64,000 nt of DNA, taken from contig CAWCTR010000004.1 in the NCBI GenBank assembly GCA_963798485.1, positions 32,001-96,000 on the forward strand, read 5' to 3'. The stretch is from an uncultured delta proteobacterium (GTDB lineage: Bacteria; Desulfobacterota; Desulfomonilia; UBA1062). This document shows positions 54,255-62,811 of the stretch, one piece after another. Every line of letters begins with the position of its first letter. Position 1 is the stretch's first letter. Position numbers and translations under genes: made by a program. The notes beneath the pieces were generated by a model, which worked only from the letters and a program-made list of their open reading frames with translations, was not told where the DNA came from and ran no database searches.

Positions 54255-57137
54255 CTATTTGATGGTGAGGCTGACCCTGGAATTGAAGGCCTTATCAATC
54301 TTTGCAGGTGAAAGGGCATCGGTTTTTACCAGGAAGATCCTTCCCGGGTCGATCTTCCCGTCCTCCACGAGATAATCGCGAACCTTCTGGGCCCTGGCCT
54401 CTGCAAGCCCTTTGAGATCATCATCCGTAACCTTGAGGTTTTCAAGGATGAGCTTCTTCCTTTCCTCATCGGGAAGGTTCTTTGCGAACCCTAAGACATT
54501 TTTCGGCTTGCCCTGGAAGTCAAAGGACTTATATGCCTTTTCAAGATAGAGGCTGTATTCTTTTTGCTCGATGGTGATATCATCCACTGAAGATGCCTGC
54601 CTGCCCTGCCTCAGGATGTCCTTAAGCTTCTGTTCCTTGAGCATGCGCTCGAACAGGTAATCGCTAAGCCCGGTCTTGTCGCTTGTGACATCCACGTATC
54701 CGCTGAGCTCCATAGTAAGGGCGGAACGGTCTGCAAGTATCCGGGTGACCTTATCGAGCTTTTGTTTGCCTGCCCCGTTGAGCGATGATCTCCCGGATTC
54801 GAAATCGATGAAGCTGAGCTCCGTTGATCCCGGGTAAAGCGCTTCCAGCAACGCAAAAGGTGATGTAGCGGCCTTTTCGAGGATATTGACAATGGTATGG
54901 ATGATGATCTTGCCCACATGGAAGTCAGGGTCATCGGTACGGCCGGTAATGGGCAGGTGCAGGTCGATCTTCCCGCTGTTGTCCCTGAGCAGGACAACGG
55001 CCAGCCTCACAGGAAGATTCGTTGCATCTTTGCTCGCTATAGCATTGCCGAAGGTAAGCTGGTCGATGATAACATCGTTTTGGGCCTGGAGCTGTTTCTT
55101 GTCGATGGAGTATTTCAACCCAAGGGAGAGCTTCCCCTTCTCAATGGCATACCCTATAAATTTGCCGGAATAAGGCGTGACCGGGCTCAGTTCGATGTTG
55201 TTCAAGCTGGCGGCAAGATCAACGAAGAGGTCCTTTTTCAGAGGGTTGATGGAACCGGTTATGGTAATGGGGGCCTGATTATCAAGCCTGGCCTTCAGGT
55301 TGACCGTGGCCTTTTTGAATTCATCTGATGACAGACCAGAGATGTCACCGGAGATATTGGTCAAGGATGATAAAAATTTCGGGGTAATGGACCGGTCGCT
55401 GAAGGTGAACCGGCCGTTTTTGAACGTGATCTTTCCAACCGCAATGCGTTCAAGGGCCTTCTTTTCCTTCGATGCCTCAGGTGAGGGCTTGGATGGTTTG
55501 TTGCCGAAGACGGCGGCAAAGTTGTTGCTGCCCTCCGGAGTTATAATGAGAGAGGAGGCGGGAGATACAAATCCAATCTCCCTAATGGTGAGGCGCCCGG
55601 GGTTCAGAGAAAAATCAATTCCGGTCAGAATCAGGCTTTTCCAGGAAATGAGGTCCTCTGCATGGGCCCTGTCTACTGAGGCGAAATCTGAGAACGCTGC
55701 ATCCCCGGCAAAATTGATATGTGGGGGTGTATTGGGTGCAAGAACCATCTTTATCTGTCCCTTGGAAGAGATTGTCCCCCGCCTGATGAGGATGGGCACC
55801 TTATCGATGATATAGGGTTGGATCCATGCAGGCTGGAATCCGTCGAGGCTGAACTTGATGTCTGCCGAAGCGGGATTCATGGTGAATGATGTGCCAAGCG
55901 TAAGTCGCCCTGTCTGATTAAGCGTGCATGCAATATCCACTGAGCCTGAGCCTTGTTTGTCAGTAGTGATTTTTTGTGCCGTGATAGAAAGGTCTCCGGT
56001 TGAGATCTTCACCGGCGAGCTCCCTGAAAGATCGGTATAAAACAACTTCCCGCCGGAGAGGTCGATATTATCAACGCTCAGCAGTAAAGGCTTTGATGGC
56101 GCCTCCTCTTTGGCGGGAAGCGAAGGTTGCTTGGACGTTGTCGTTTGAAGGATCTGCGCCAGGTTAATCCTGCCTTTTTTATCTCTGCTTATGTTCAACT
56201 CAGGCGAGGATATGGTGACCCTGGTTACATGGGCCTGTCTTTTCAGGAGCCGTGAAGGGGCCAGCGATGCGGTCATTTTCAGTACATGCAGGATCGGGCT
56301 CGTTTCGAGGTCTTTTACATCAAGATCCTTGCAGGTAAGGTCTCCCGAGACATCCAGTATGGGCTGTTGCTTGGCCCGGAACTGTTTGAAAGAGAACAGG
56401 GCATTAAGGTCCAGGGAACCCGAATTTATCTGTACCCCGAGCTTCACAGGGAGATAGGCCATATAATATGGCAGATTGATATCCTTCAGATTCAAGGCAA
56501 GGGAGGTTTCCAATGACTCGGAGAAGGGCTTTGTCTTGCCACTGAGCCTGAAAGGCGTTCCGTTTATGATTGCCTGAAAGCTCGGCTGAACAAAGACATT
56601 CGTGTAGTAGGGGATGTTGGACAGGAATGGAATGCTGACGTTGATGTCTTTAACGATATGGGTCTTGCGGAGAGGCCGATCATCCAGAGAGATCCGGCCG
56701 CCTGTGATCTGGATATTGGCTATGGAAAACTCCTGGGGTTTCTCCTTTTTTTTAGTGCCCTTCATGAGATCGGAGAAATTGTATGTCCCGTCTACGAACC
56801 GGATGACCTTGATAGAAGGGTTTTCCAGTTTTATCTCGCGGATGATGGGCGCCCTCTTGAAAAGGGATGCCCATTCGAGGTCGATGGTCAGCGAGGCTAA
56901 AGAGACGAATGAATCAGGGCGTTCCTGATCCTTAATGGACAGGCCCTGGACAATAACCACGAGGGTATAGGGGTTAATTTTTATTTTCTGAATGGTTACT
57001 TCCCGGTGTAGTGCCTGCCTGAGGTTTTTTGAGAGCACTGATGTGAGGACGGGGGGCAGGACGAAGAACCCCGTGATCGTAAAGACGATCCATAGGGAAA
57101 TAACCACGATGGAAATGGTGCGTATCTTCTTTCTCAT
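54255..57137 (-). CDS. DUF748 (AsmA-like) protein with C-terminal OmpA-like domain
   Basis: N-terminal TM, NPYTL, SPYSGKF-like TPYSGKFIGY..EKGKL, KAATSPFALL and LAEARAQKVRDYL. Start likely MRKK at 57137. Confidence 0.85.
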   Translation of the reverse strand: MRKKIRTISIVVISLWIVFTITGFFVLPPVLTSVLSKNLRQALHREVTIQKIKINPYTLVVIVQGLSIKDQERPDSFVSLASLTIDLEWASLFKRAPIIREIKLENPSIKVIRFVDGTYNFSDLMKGTKKKEKPQEFSIANIQITGGRISLDDRPLRKTHIVKDINVSIPFLSNIPYYTNVFVQPSFQAIINGTPFRLSGKTKPFSESLETSLALNLKDINLPYYMAYLPVKLGVQINSGSLDLNALFSFKQFRAKQQPILDVSGDLTCKDLDVKDLETSPILHVLKMTASLAPSRLLKRQAHVTRVTISSPELNISRDKKGRINLAQILQTTTSKQPSLPAKEEAPSKPLLLSVDNIDLSGGKLFYTDLSGSSPVKISTGDLSITAQKITTDKQGSGSVDIACTLNQTGRLTLGTSFTMNPASADIKFSLDGFQPAWIQPYIIDKVPILIRRGTISSKGQIKMVLAPNTPPHINFAGDAAFSDFASVDRAHAEDLISWKSLILTGIDFSLNPGRLTIREIGFVSPASSLIITPEGSNNFAAVFGNKPSKPSPEASKEKKALERIAVGKITFKNGRFTFSDRSITPKFLSSLTNISGDISGLSSDEFKKATVNLKARLDNQAPITITGSINPLKKDLFVDLAASLNNIELSPVTPYSGKFIGYAIEKGKLSLGLKYSIDKKQLQAQNDVIIDQLTFGNAIASKDATNLPVRLAVVLLRDNSGKIDLHLPITGRTDDPDFHVGKIIIHTIVNILEKAATSPFALLEALYPGSTELSFIDFESGRSSLNGAGKQKLDKVTRILADRSALTMELSGYVDVTSDKTGLSDYLFERMLKEQKLKDILRQGRQASSVDDITIEQKEYSLYLEKAYKSFDFQGKPKNVLGFAKNLPDEERKKLILENLKVTDDDLKGLAEARAQKVRDYLVEDGKIDPGRIFLVKTDALSPAKIDKAFNSRVSLTIK

Positions 57138-57276
57138 CTTAATTATATTTATATGCACTCGGAAAGTCAACTTTACCGGTATCGTAAGAAAAGATCAAGG
57201 GAGCGACGTGGGGAACATTGAAAAGAGAAACCGTCGACCTTATCAAAAGTAGTGGAAAGAAAAAGGGAGGAGAACA

Positions 57277-58371
57277 ATGTTCGATTCTTGTTTGGATATT
57301 ACCAAGTTCATGGAAACAGCAACCTACAGGCGCACACCCGAGTTCATTACCCCGAACAGGATTGTCCATGAAGACAAGGCCGTCATTCTCAGGCGGTTTG
57401 ATGAGGGACGGACCGGTGCCCCGCTGCTCATAGTGCCGCCCCAGGCGGGCCACCATTCGAGCATATCCGATTATGCACAGGAGCAAAGCCTGGTCCAGAC
57501 ATGTCTGAGGGAAACGACGCTGCCGGTGTATGTCATTGAATGGAAACCGAGCACCCCAACCAGGCAGCATGAGACCATCAGCGATCTTGTATTGCAGCTG
57601 AGGCTGTGCGTGCATGATGCAGGAGAACCGGTGATCCTCGTGGGGCTCTGCCAGGGCGGGTGGCTCTGCGCCATCTATGCGGCCCTTTACCCTAAGGATG
57701 TCAAGGCACTTATGCTGGCAGCCGCGCCTATTGATTTCACAGCGGGTGGAGGCAAGCTCCAGGATGTGGTCCAGGGCATGCCCATCGATTTCTACCAGTG
57801 GCTCGTTACCATGGGCCTTGGAAACATGCTCGGCGACATGATGCTCATGGGGTGGAAGATCATGAACCCTTATGAGCGGTTCGTAAGCGACTTCATCAAC
57901 CTCTGGGTCAATGTTAGGGATGAAAAATATTTGGAGAGGTCCAAACAGTTTCAGACCTGGTATGAGTATACCCAGAACATATCGGGCAGGTGGTATCTGC
58001 AGGCCGTGGACAAGCTCTTCAAAAAGAATCTCCTCATCCAGGGGAAGTTAAGGATTTTGGGAAAGTATGTGGATCTGCGCACCATCGCGTGCCCCATCGC
58101 CATGCTCGCAGGAGAAAAGGACGATATTACCCTGGTGCCGCAGCTCTTCAATATGAGCTCATATGTGGCAACCCCGCCTGAGGATGTCTTCCAGACAATA
58201 GTGGAGGATGCAGGGCACATCTCCGTATTTATGGGTCGAAAGGCCCTGAAGGACCACTGGCCGCCGGCGCTGAGGTTCACCCTTGAAAAGGCGGGGCTTG
58301 GTGCCGCACTCACCTATGGGGCAAGGCGAAACCAGAATATTGGACCTTCCCGGCAGATGGGCTCTACGTAA
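57277..58371 (+). CDS. Cys-nucleophile alpha/beta hydrolase related to PHA synthase/depolymerase (DUF3141-like)
   Basis: IVPPQAGH, GLCQGGW lipase box, AAAPIDF, GEKDDIT (Asp) and AGHISVF (His); strong RBS. Confidence 0.8.
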   Translation: MFDSCLDITKFMETATYRRTPEFITPNRIVHEDKAVILRRFDEGRTGAPLLIVPPQAGHHSSISDYAQEQSLVQTCLRETTLPVYVIEWKPSTPTRQHETISDLVLQLRLCVHDAGEPVILVGLCQGGWLCAIYAALYPKDVKALMLAAAPIDFTAGGGKLQDVVQGMPIDFYQWLVTMGLGNMLGDMMLMGWKIMNPYERFVSDFINLWVNVRDEKYLERSKQFQTWYEYTQNISGRWYLQAVDKLFKKNLLIQGKLRILGKYVDLRTIACPIAMLAGEKDDITLVPQLFNMSSYVATPPEDVFQTIVEDAGHISVFMGRKALKDHWPPALRFTLEKAGLGAALTYGARRNQNIGPSRQMGST

Positions 58372-58415
58372 AAGAAACCTCTACAAAGAGCATAATGAAG
58401 AGGGTGGATGAAACA

Positions 58416-58892
58416 TTATCTGCCCTTTTTCTTTTTGTTGGTTTTTTCTTGAGTGTGCGGACCTGGTTGAGGAGAGAATCCCGGGAAAGGAGCTATTCCA
58501 TTCATGGCGTTGCGTGCCATCTCCGAGTAATTCATGCCCATATTCAGCCACTTGCCGAACTGCTCGTCAAAGGCCTGCTTGTACTGAAGATAGGAATTTA
58601 TGGAGTCCTGCAGGTGTTTGTCAAAGAATTCGTGGAGAATACTACCGCCATAGCGGATGGCGAGGTGCAGCAGCGGCGGAGGCAACAGGGCATTCCTGTT
58701 CTTCGCCTCCTCCAGGATAATCTGTGTGAGGATGAATGCGGTAACGTCCTCGCTGGTCTTGGCATCAAGGACCTGCACGTCTTTGCCGCCCCTGATAATG
58801 TCCGCCACCTGGTTCAGCGTGACATAAGAGCTGTTTTCCGGGTTGTAAAGCCGCCTGCTCGCATATTTCTTCAGGATAACGGTCTCGCTCAT
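58416..58892 (-). CDS. phaR: Polyhydroxyalkanoate synthesis repressor PhaR
   Basis: ILKKYASRRLYNPENSSYVTL...VQVLDAKTSEDVTAFILTQIILEE matches the PHB-accumulation DNA-binding domain, followed by LLHLAIRYG. Confidence 0.9.
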   Translation of the reverse strand: MSETVILKKYASRRLYNPENSSYVTLNQVADIIRGGKDVQVLDAKTSEDVTAFILTQIILEEAKNRNALLPPPLLHLAIRYGGSILHEFFDKHLQDSINSYLQYKQAFDEQFGKWLNMGMNYSEMARNAMNGIAPFPGFSPQPGPHTQEKTNKKKKGR

Positions 58893-58937
58893 AGCCCACC
58901 CATTCACTATTCTTCCACCAATACATTACCCTACTTA

Positions 58938-58954
58938 TTGTCACAGCGCAACAA
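58938..58954. promoter_or_regulatory. Putative PhaR operator 1
   Basis: TTGTCACAGCGCAACAA (reverse TTGTTGCGCTGTGACAA), 17 bp, upstream of phaR. Confidence 0.55.
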
Positions 58955-59065
58955 AAACCCCGCCGGGGCTCCGCCGGAATCGAGCTTACCACGATCATTA
59001 ATAGTCATATTAAATAGATAAGCTAAACATATCTCGACGACGAAACAACCAGTCAGAAATAATAA

Positions 59066-59117
59066 TTGCTGCAATGCAACAATCGCCCCTTGACAATCCA
59101 TTCTTTGCCACTATTAT
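59066..59117 (+). promoter_or_regulatory. Putative PhaR operator 2 plus sigma70 promoter of the phasin-like operon
   Basis: TTGCTGCAATGCAACAA (59066-59082), then TTGACA (59090-59095), 16 bp, TATTAT (59112-59117). Confidence 0.65.
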
Positions 59118-59164
59118 AGGCTTGATTCCCAAGATAACGCTCATAATAGAGTAAGGAGGCAACA

Positions 59165-59422
59165 ATGGAAAACAAGGAACTCGTAAAACAGATGGTTGAT
59201 TTGCACAAGACATCCTTCGACAACAGCTTCAACATGCTCATTACCCTGCAGGACCAGATGGAAAAGATGGTTAATTCTTTTGTGGAACAAGCGCCATGGC
59301 TTCCAGCAGAGGGAAAGAAGGCAGTGACCAACCTGGTTAGCACCTATAAAAAGGGACGCGAAGACTTCAAGAAGGTCGTTGATGACGGTTATAAAAAGGT
59401 TGAGGAATACATAGCCAAATAG
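59165..59422 (+). CDS. Small amphipathic helical protein, putative phasin (paralog 1)
   Basis: AAGGAGG RBS; 85 aa; KQMV.LHKTSFDNSFN..LQDQ.EK...YKKGREDFKK. Confidence 0.75.
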   Translation: MENKELVKQMVDLHKTSFDNSFNMLITLQDQMEKMVNSFVEQAPWLPAEGKKAVTNLVSTYKKGREDFKKVVDDGYKKVEEYIAK

Positions 59423-59454
59423 GCTAAAAAATTTAAATTAGGGAGGCGATAACA

Positions 59455-59727
59455 ATGGATTATCAAAAAGACATGGCAAAGCAGGTGATTGCGTTTTACA
59501 AGACGACCTTTGACAACAGCTTCAACACAATGATCATGCTTCAGGAACAGGCGGAAAAGTTCATTAAGACCTTTGTCTCACAGGCCCCTGGGATGAACGA
59601 CGAGGGGAGGAAGGTGCTGGACCAGTGGATGGGCGTGTATAAGAAGGGCCGCGATGATTACAAGAAGGCCATGGATGAGGGATATGCCAAGGTAGAAGAG
59701 TTCTTCGATAAATTCTCAAAGAGCTGA
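59455..59727 (+). CDS. Small amphipathic helical protein, putative phasin (paralog 2)
   Basis: GGAGG RBS; 90 aa; aligns with paralogs 1 and 3. Confidence 0.75.
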   Translation: MDYQKDMAKQVIAFYKTTFDNSFNTMIMLQEQAEKFIKTFVSQAPGMNDEGRKVLDQWMGVYKKGRDDYKKAMDEGYAKVEEFFDKFSKS

Positions 59728-59784
59728 TGAAAGGACCTGCCCTGCAGGTTAAAAAAAGAGAAAGCAAGGGAAAGGGGAACCGCC

Positions 59785-60075
59785 ATGGACGAGAAAATTA
59801 TTGTCAAACAGATGCTCGATTTTCATAAAAGCACATTCCAGAACAGTTACAATGCAATGGTAATGCTCCAGGACCAGACCGAAAAGATGCTCAGCACCTT
59901 TTTGAGCCAGGCAAACTGGATACCGCAGGACTTCAAGAAGGTTATGGGAGAGTGGACCACCACCTACAAGAAGGGCCGAGATGAATTCAAGAAATCAATC
60001 GATGAGAACTTCAAGCGCGTGGATGACTATTTCTCAGTTTCAGACAAGCCTCAGACCAAGACAAAGCAGCAATAG
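59785..60075 (+). CDS. Small amphipathic helical protein, putative phasin (paralog 3)
   Basis: 96 aa; same KQM.DFHKSTF.NS.N..LQDQ.EK...YKKGRDEFKK pattern. Confidence 0.75.
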   Translation: MDEKIIVKQMLDFHKSTFQNSYNAMVMLQDQTEKMLSTFLSQANWIPQDFKKVMGEWTTTYKKGRDEFKKSIDENFKRVDDYFSVSDKPQTKTKQQ

Positions 60076-60109
60076 GTTTGCTTGCAGCGAAGACTTTTGC
60101 GGGGGGACT

Positions 60110-61702
60110 ATGGATGACATCAATGAAGCAACCGATCGGGGCTTTGAGTATTATGGGTCTGTTTTCAAAGGGATTGAAAGGCTCATGGGCCTGAGTCTCG
60201 CCTTAGGCGAGGCCTCCCAGGAAAAGCTCAAGGCCAACGGTATATACTTCAATGGCGTGTTCAAGTACCTCAATGAGTTCATGACCCCCTTCTGGATCGC
60301 ATTGAACTCTTTTAATGCCACCGAGCGCGAGAAGCTTGTCCGCCACACCCCCCAGGACAGCTTGCGCGATTACCTCGAGCTCCTCCAGTTCAATATCCAA
60401 GTGGCACAAAGAGGCTATGACAGCTCGATGAAGGCCATGACCGATTTCCATATGAACGAGCTCTCCAGGGCATTCAATTCATGGCTCAACACCATATTCG
60501 ACCGGGACGGGGAGGACATCCAGTCCTTTGTGGAACGACAGGCCAACCTCCTGCAAAAGGTGATCTACGAATATCCCAAGGCCATTGATGATATCGAACC
60601 GGAGTATGGGTTCCACTTCGACACGGATGGTTATAAGAAGATAGCCGAGACAGAGCGCTTTACCGTCTATCAGGTTCTTCCGCAAAAGGGCATAAAGATC
60701 AAGTCGCTTTCAAAGCCGATCCTCATTATCCCGCCTTACGTACTCGGCGCCAACATACTTGGCTTTCTCCCAGGCGAGGGCAAGAGCTATGTCCATGCCT
60801 ACGCCAACCAGGGGATACCCACGTATGTGCGCGTGCTCAAAGATATCGAGACCACGCCTGCCGTCCAGATCATGACCGGTGAAGACGATGCGTTGGACAC
60901 CAGGTATTTCTGCGAGATCCTTCATAAGAAGCACAAGCTGCCTGTAACGCTCAACGGCTTCTGCCAGGGCGGGTTTGTAGCAGTGCTGGACATCGTATCG
61001 GGCGAGCTCGACGGCCTTGTGGATGCGCTTATCACCTGCGTGGCGCCCATGGACGGAACCAGGAGCAAGGCATTAATCGAATATCTTGCTCACCTGCCCG
61101 GCCGCTTCCGCGATCTCGGTTATGCCGTCAAAGACCTGCCGAACGGCAACTCCGTGGTGGACGGCAAGGTAATGAGCTGGGTGTACAAGCTCAAGAGCAT
61201 GGACAGAGAGGCCCCCATTTATACCCTCTACCGCGACCTCATGATGTTCGACGATCCGCTGGGCAAGGATGTGAAGATAACGAAGACCGCTGCGGCGCTG
61301 AACCACTGGCTCATTTACGACCGCAAAGACATTCCGGTGGCCATCACGAAAATGAGCTTCGATTCCTATACCGTTCCGGTGGCCGAAGACGGTACCTTGC
61401 CGGTGAAGCTCTTTGGCCGGAAGCTCAATTTTAAGAGGATCACGGAAAAAGGCATCAAATTCCTCATCTGCTATGCGGAAAATGATGACCTTGTGGACAA
61501 GGAGTCAGCACGGGCACCGCTTGATTATGTGGATGCGGAGGTGACCGTGTTCCCTAAGGGCCATGGCGCTATTGCAACGACCTGGTCCGCGACCGAGACG
61601 GAATATGCCATCCATAAACGCTATGCAAACGGCTCGCGAGGGCCGGTGCGATTCCAGCTTGACCTCGATGAAGAGATCAGAAAGGGGAAATCCCATGGAT
61701 AA
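60110..61702 (+). CDS. Divergent PHA synthase-like alpha/beta hydrolase (530 aa)
   Basis: Start MDDIN at 60110 after a G-rich RBS; KPILIIPPYVLGANIL, NGFCQGG (Cys box), CVAPMD, AENDDLV (Asp) and PKGHGAI (His). Confidence 0.72.
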   Translation: MDDINEATDRGFEYYGSVFKGIERLMGLSLALGEASQEKLKANGIYFNGVFKYLNEFMTPFWIALNSFNATEREKLVRHTPQDSLRDYLELLQFNIQVAQRGYDSSMKAMTDFHMNELSRAFNSWLNTIFDRDGEDIQSFVERQANLLQKVIYEYPKAIDDIEPEYGFHFDTDGYKKIAETERFTVYQVLPQKGIKIKSLSKPILIIPPYVLGANILGFLPGEGKSYVHAYANQGIPTYVRVLKDIETTPAVQIMTGEDDALDTRYFCEILHKKHKLPVTLNGFCQGGFVAVLDIVSGELDGLVDALITCVAPMDGTRSKALIEYLAHLPGRFRDLGYAVKDLPNGNSVVDGKVMSWVYKLKSMDREAPIYTLYRDLMMFDDPLGKDVKITKTAAALNHWLIYDRKDIPVAITKMSFDSYTVPVAEDGTLPVKLFGRKLNFKRITEKGIKFLICYAENDDLVDKESARAPLDYVDAEVTVFPKGHGAIATTWSATETEYAIHKRYANGSRGPVRFQLDLDEEIRKGKSHG

Positions 61703-62297
61703 GCAGTTTTTAGAGTTCTGGGGTAATATGATGCTCTCCTCAGCCAAGGGCCAGCAGCAGTTTGAAGACATCATGAAGTGGTTCTCGGGCAATTTCACGG
61801 AGTTCAAAGACATCACTTCGACCTTCTGCAAGATGTATGGGCTCGACCCGGAGGCCCAAAATGCACCCGGAAACCTTAATATATGGCAGAAGGCCTTTGA
61901 CGAGTTTCAGAGATCCTTTGGCGAACTTGCCATCATGATGGACTTGGTGCCCAGAAAGGAATACATCGCCCTGTCCCGGGAGAACCAGGACCTGAAGAGA
62001 CGCCTTGCCGAGCTGGAAGAAGGTATGGCCCACCAGAGGGCGCTCCTGGCGGAAAAGACCATTGTTTCAAGCGAGGGGCTCAAGGGTTTCCAGGAGCTCA
62101 TCAGCGAGCAGGCAAAACATTATCAGGATTTCATGAAAAATATAGGCAATATCTTCGAGGAGAAACCCTACTCGCCAGAGGCCCGGCCCGCGCCCGCAGC
62201 TGACAAGCCCAAGCCTGCATCCGCAGGGCCGAAAAAGACTAAGACGAAGGCCGAGGTTGCAACAAATACAACTACGAAAGCTACTAAGAAAAAGTGA
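61695..62297 (+). CDS. PhaE-like helical/coiled-coil protein with P/A/K/T-rich tail (200 aa)
   Basis: Start MDKQFLEFW at 61695 overlaps the upstream stop; DLVPRKEY..L..ENQDLKRRLAELEE coiled coil; tail PAPAADKPKPASAGPKKTKTK...KATKKK. Confidence 0.6.
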   Translation: MDKQFLEFWGNMMLSSAKGQQQFEDIMKWFSGNFTEFKDITSTFCKMYGLDPEAQNAPGNLNIWQKAFDEFQRSFGELAIMMDLVPRKEYIALSRENQDLKRRLAELEEGMAHQRALLAEKTIVSSEGLKGFQELISEQAKHYQDFMKNIGNIFEEKPYSPEARPAPAADKPKPASAGPKKTKTKAEVATNTTTKATKKK

Positions 62298-62502
62298 CCC
62301 TTGAATTTCTTTTGCAACTTCTATTACATATTGACATTCATCCAATACGGATTATCATTATTTATTGTATTATTAGTACGTTTCTCTCTGTCGGGATTCT
62401 TTACCTACAATGTGTTTTATCATGTATTCCCGGTTAACCATGAGAGGCTCAAATCTATCCCATGGTTTCGGTGAGGACACCACATGAGAGGGAGGAAGGA
62501 CG

Positions 62503-62811
62503 ATGAAAAACCGCAGGAGAGATAGACGGGTACATTTCCCGGCCAAAATAGATGCAACCATTACCTACAGCGATGCATTGAAGAAGGTTGCAGGCGGCCT
62601 CATCGGAGACATAAGTACGAACGGCATGTTCATGTTGACAGAAGCTGTCCTTGACAAGGATGCCTATGTGACCATGCGGCTTAACAGCGAAAACTATATT
62701 GGGAAATCTGTCTATATCCAGGGACTTGTTGTCCGCACCGATGACCGCGGAATGGCCATCAGGTTTACCCATGCCGACGATGACGATATTACCACACTTT
62801 TGAGTTATTAA
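62503..62811 (+). CDS. Single-domain PilZ protein
   Basis: RRRDRRV (RxxxR), DISTNG (D/NxSxxG) and VVR...GMAIRF. Confidence 0.88.
   Translation: MKNRRRDRRVHFPAKIDATITYSDALKKVAGGLIGDISTNGMFMLTEAVLDKDAYVTMRLNSENYIGKSVYIQGLVVRTDDRGMAIRFTHADDDDITTLLSY

Noticed and set aside
59981-60109. ORF-track N-terminal extensions (59981, and likewise 61563, 2153, 6077, 16439, 53277)
   Set aside because: They overlap neighbouring genes or promoters; downstream ATGs with an RBS fit better.
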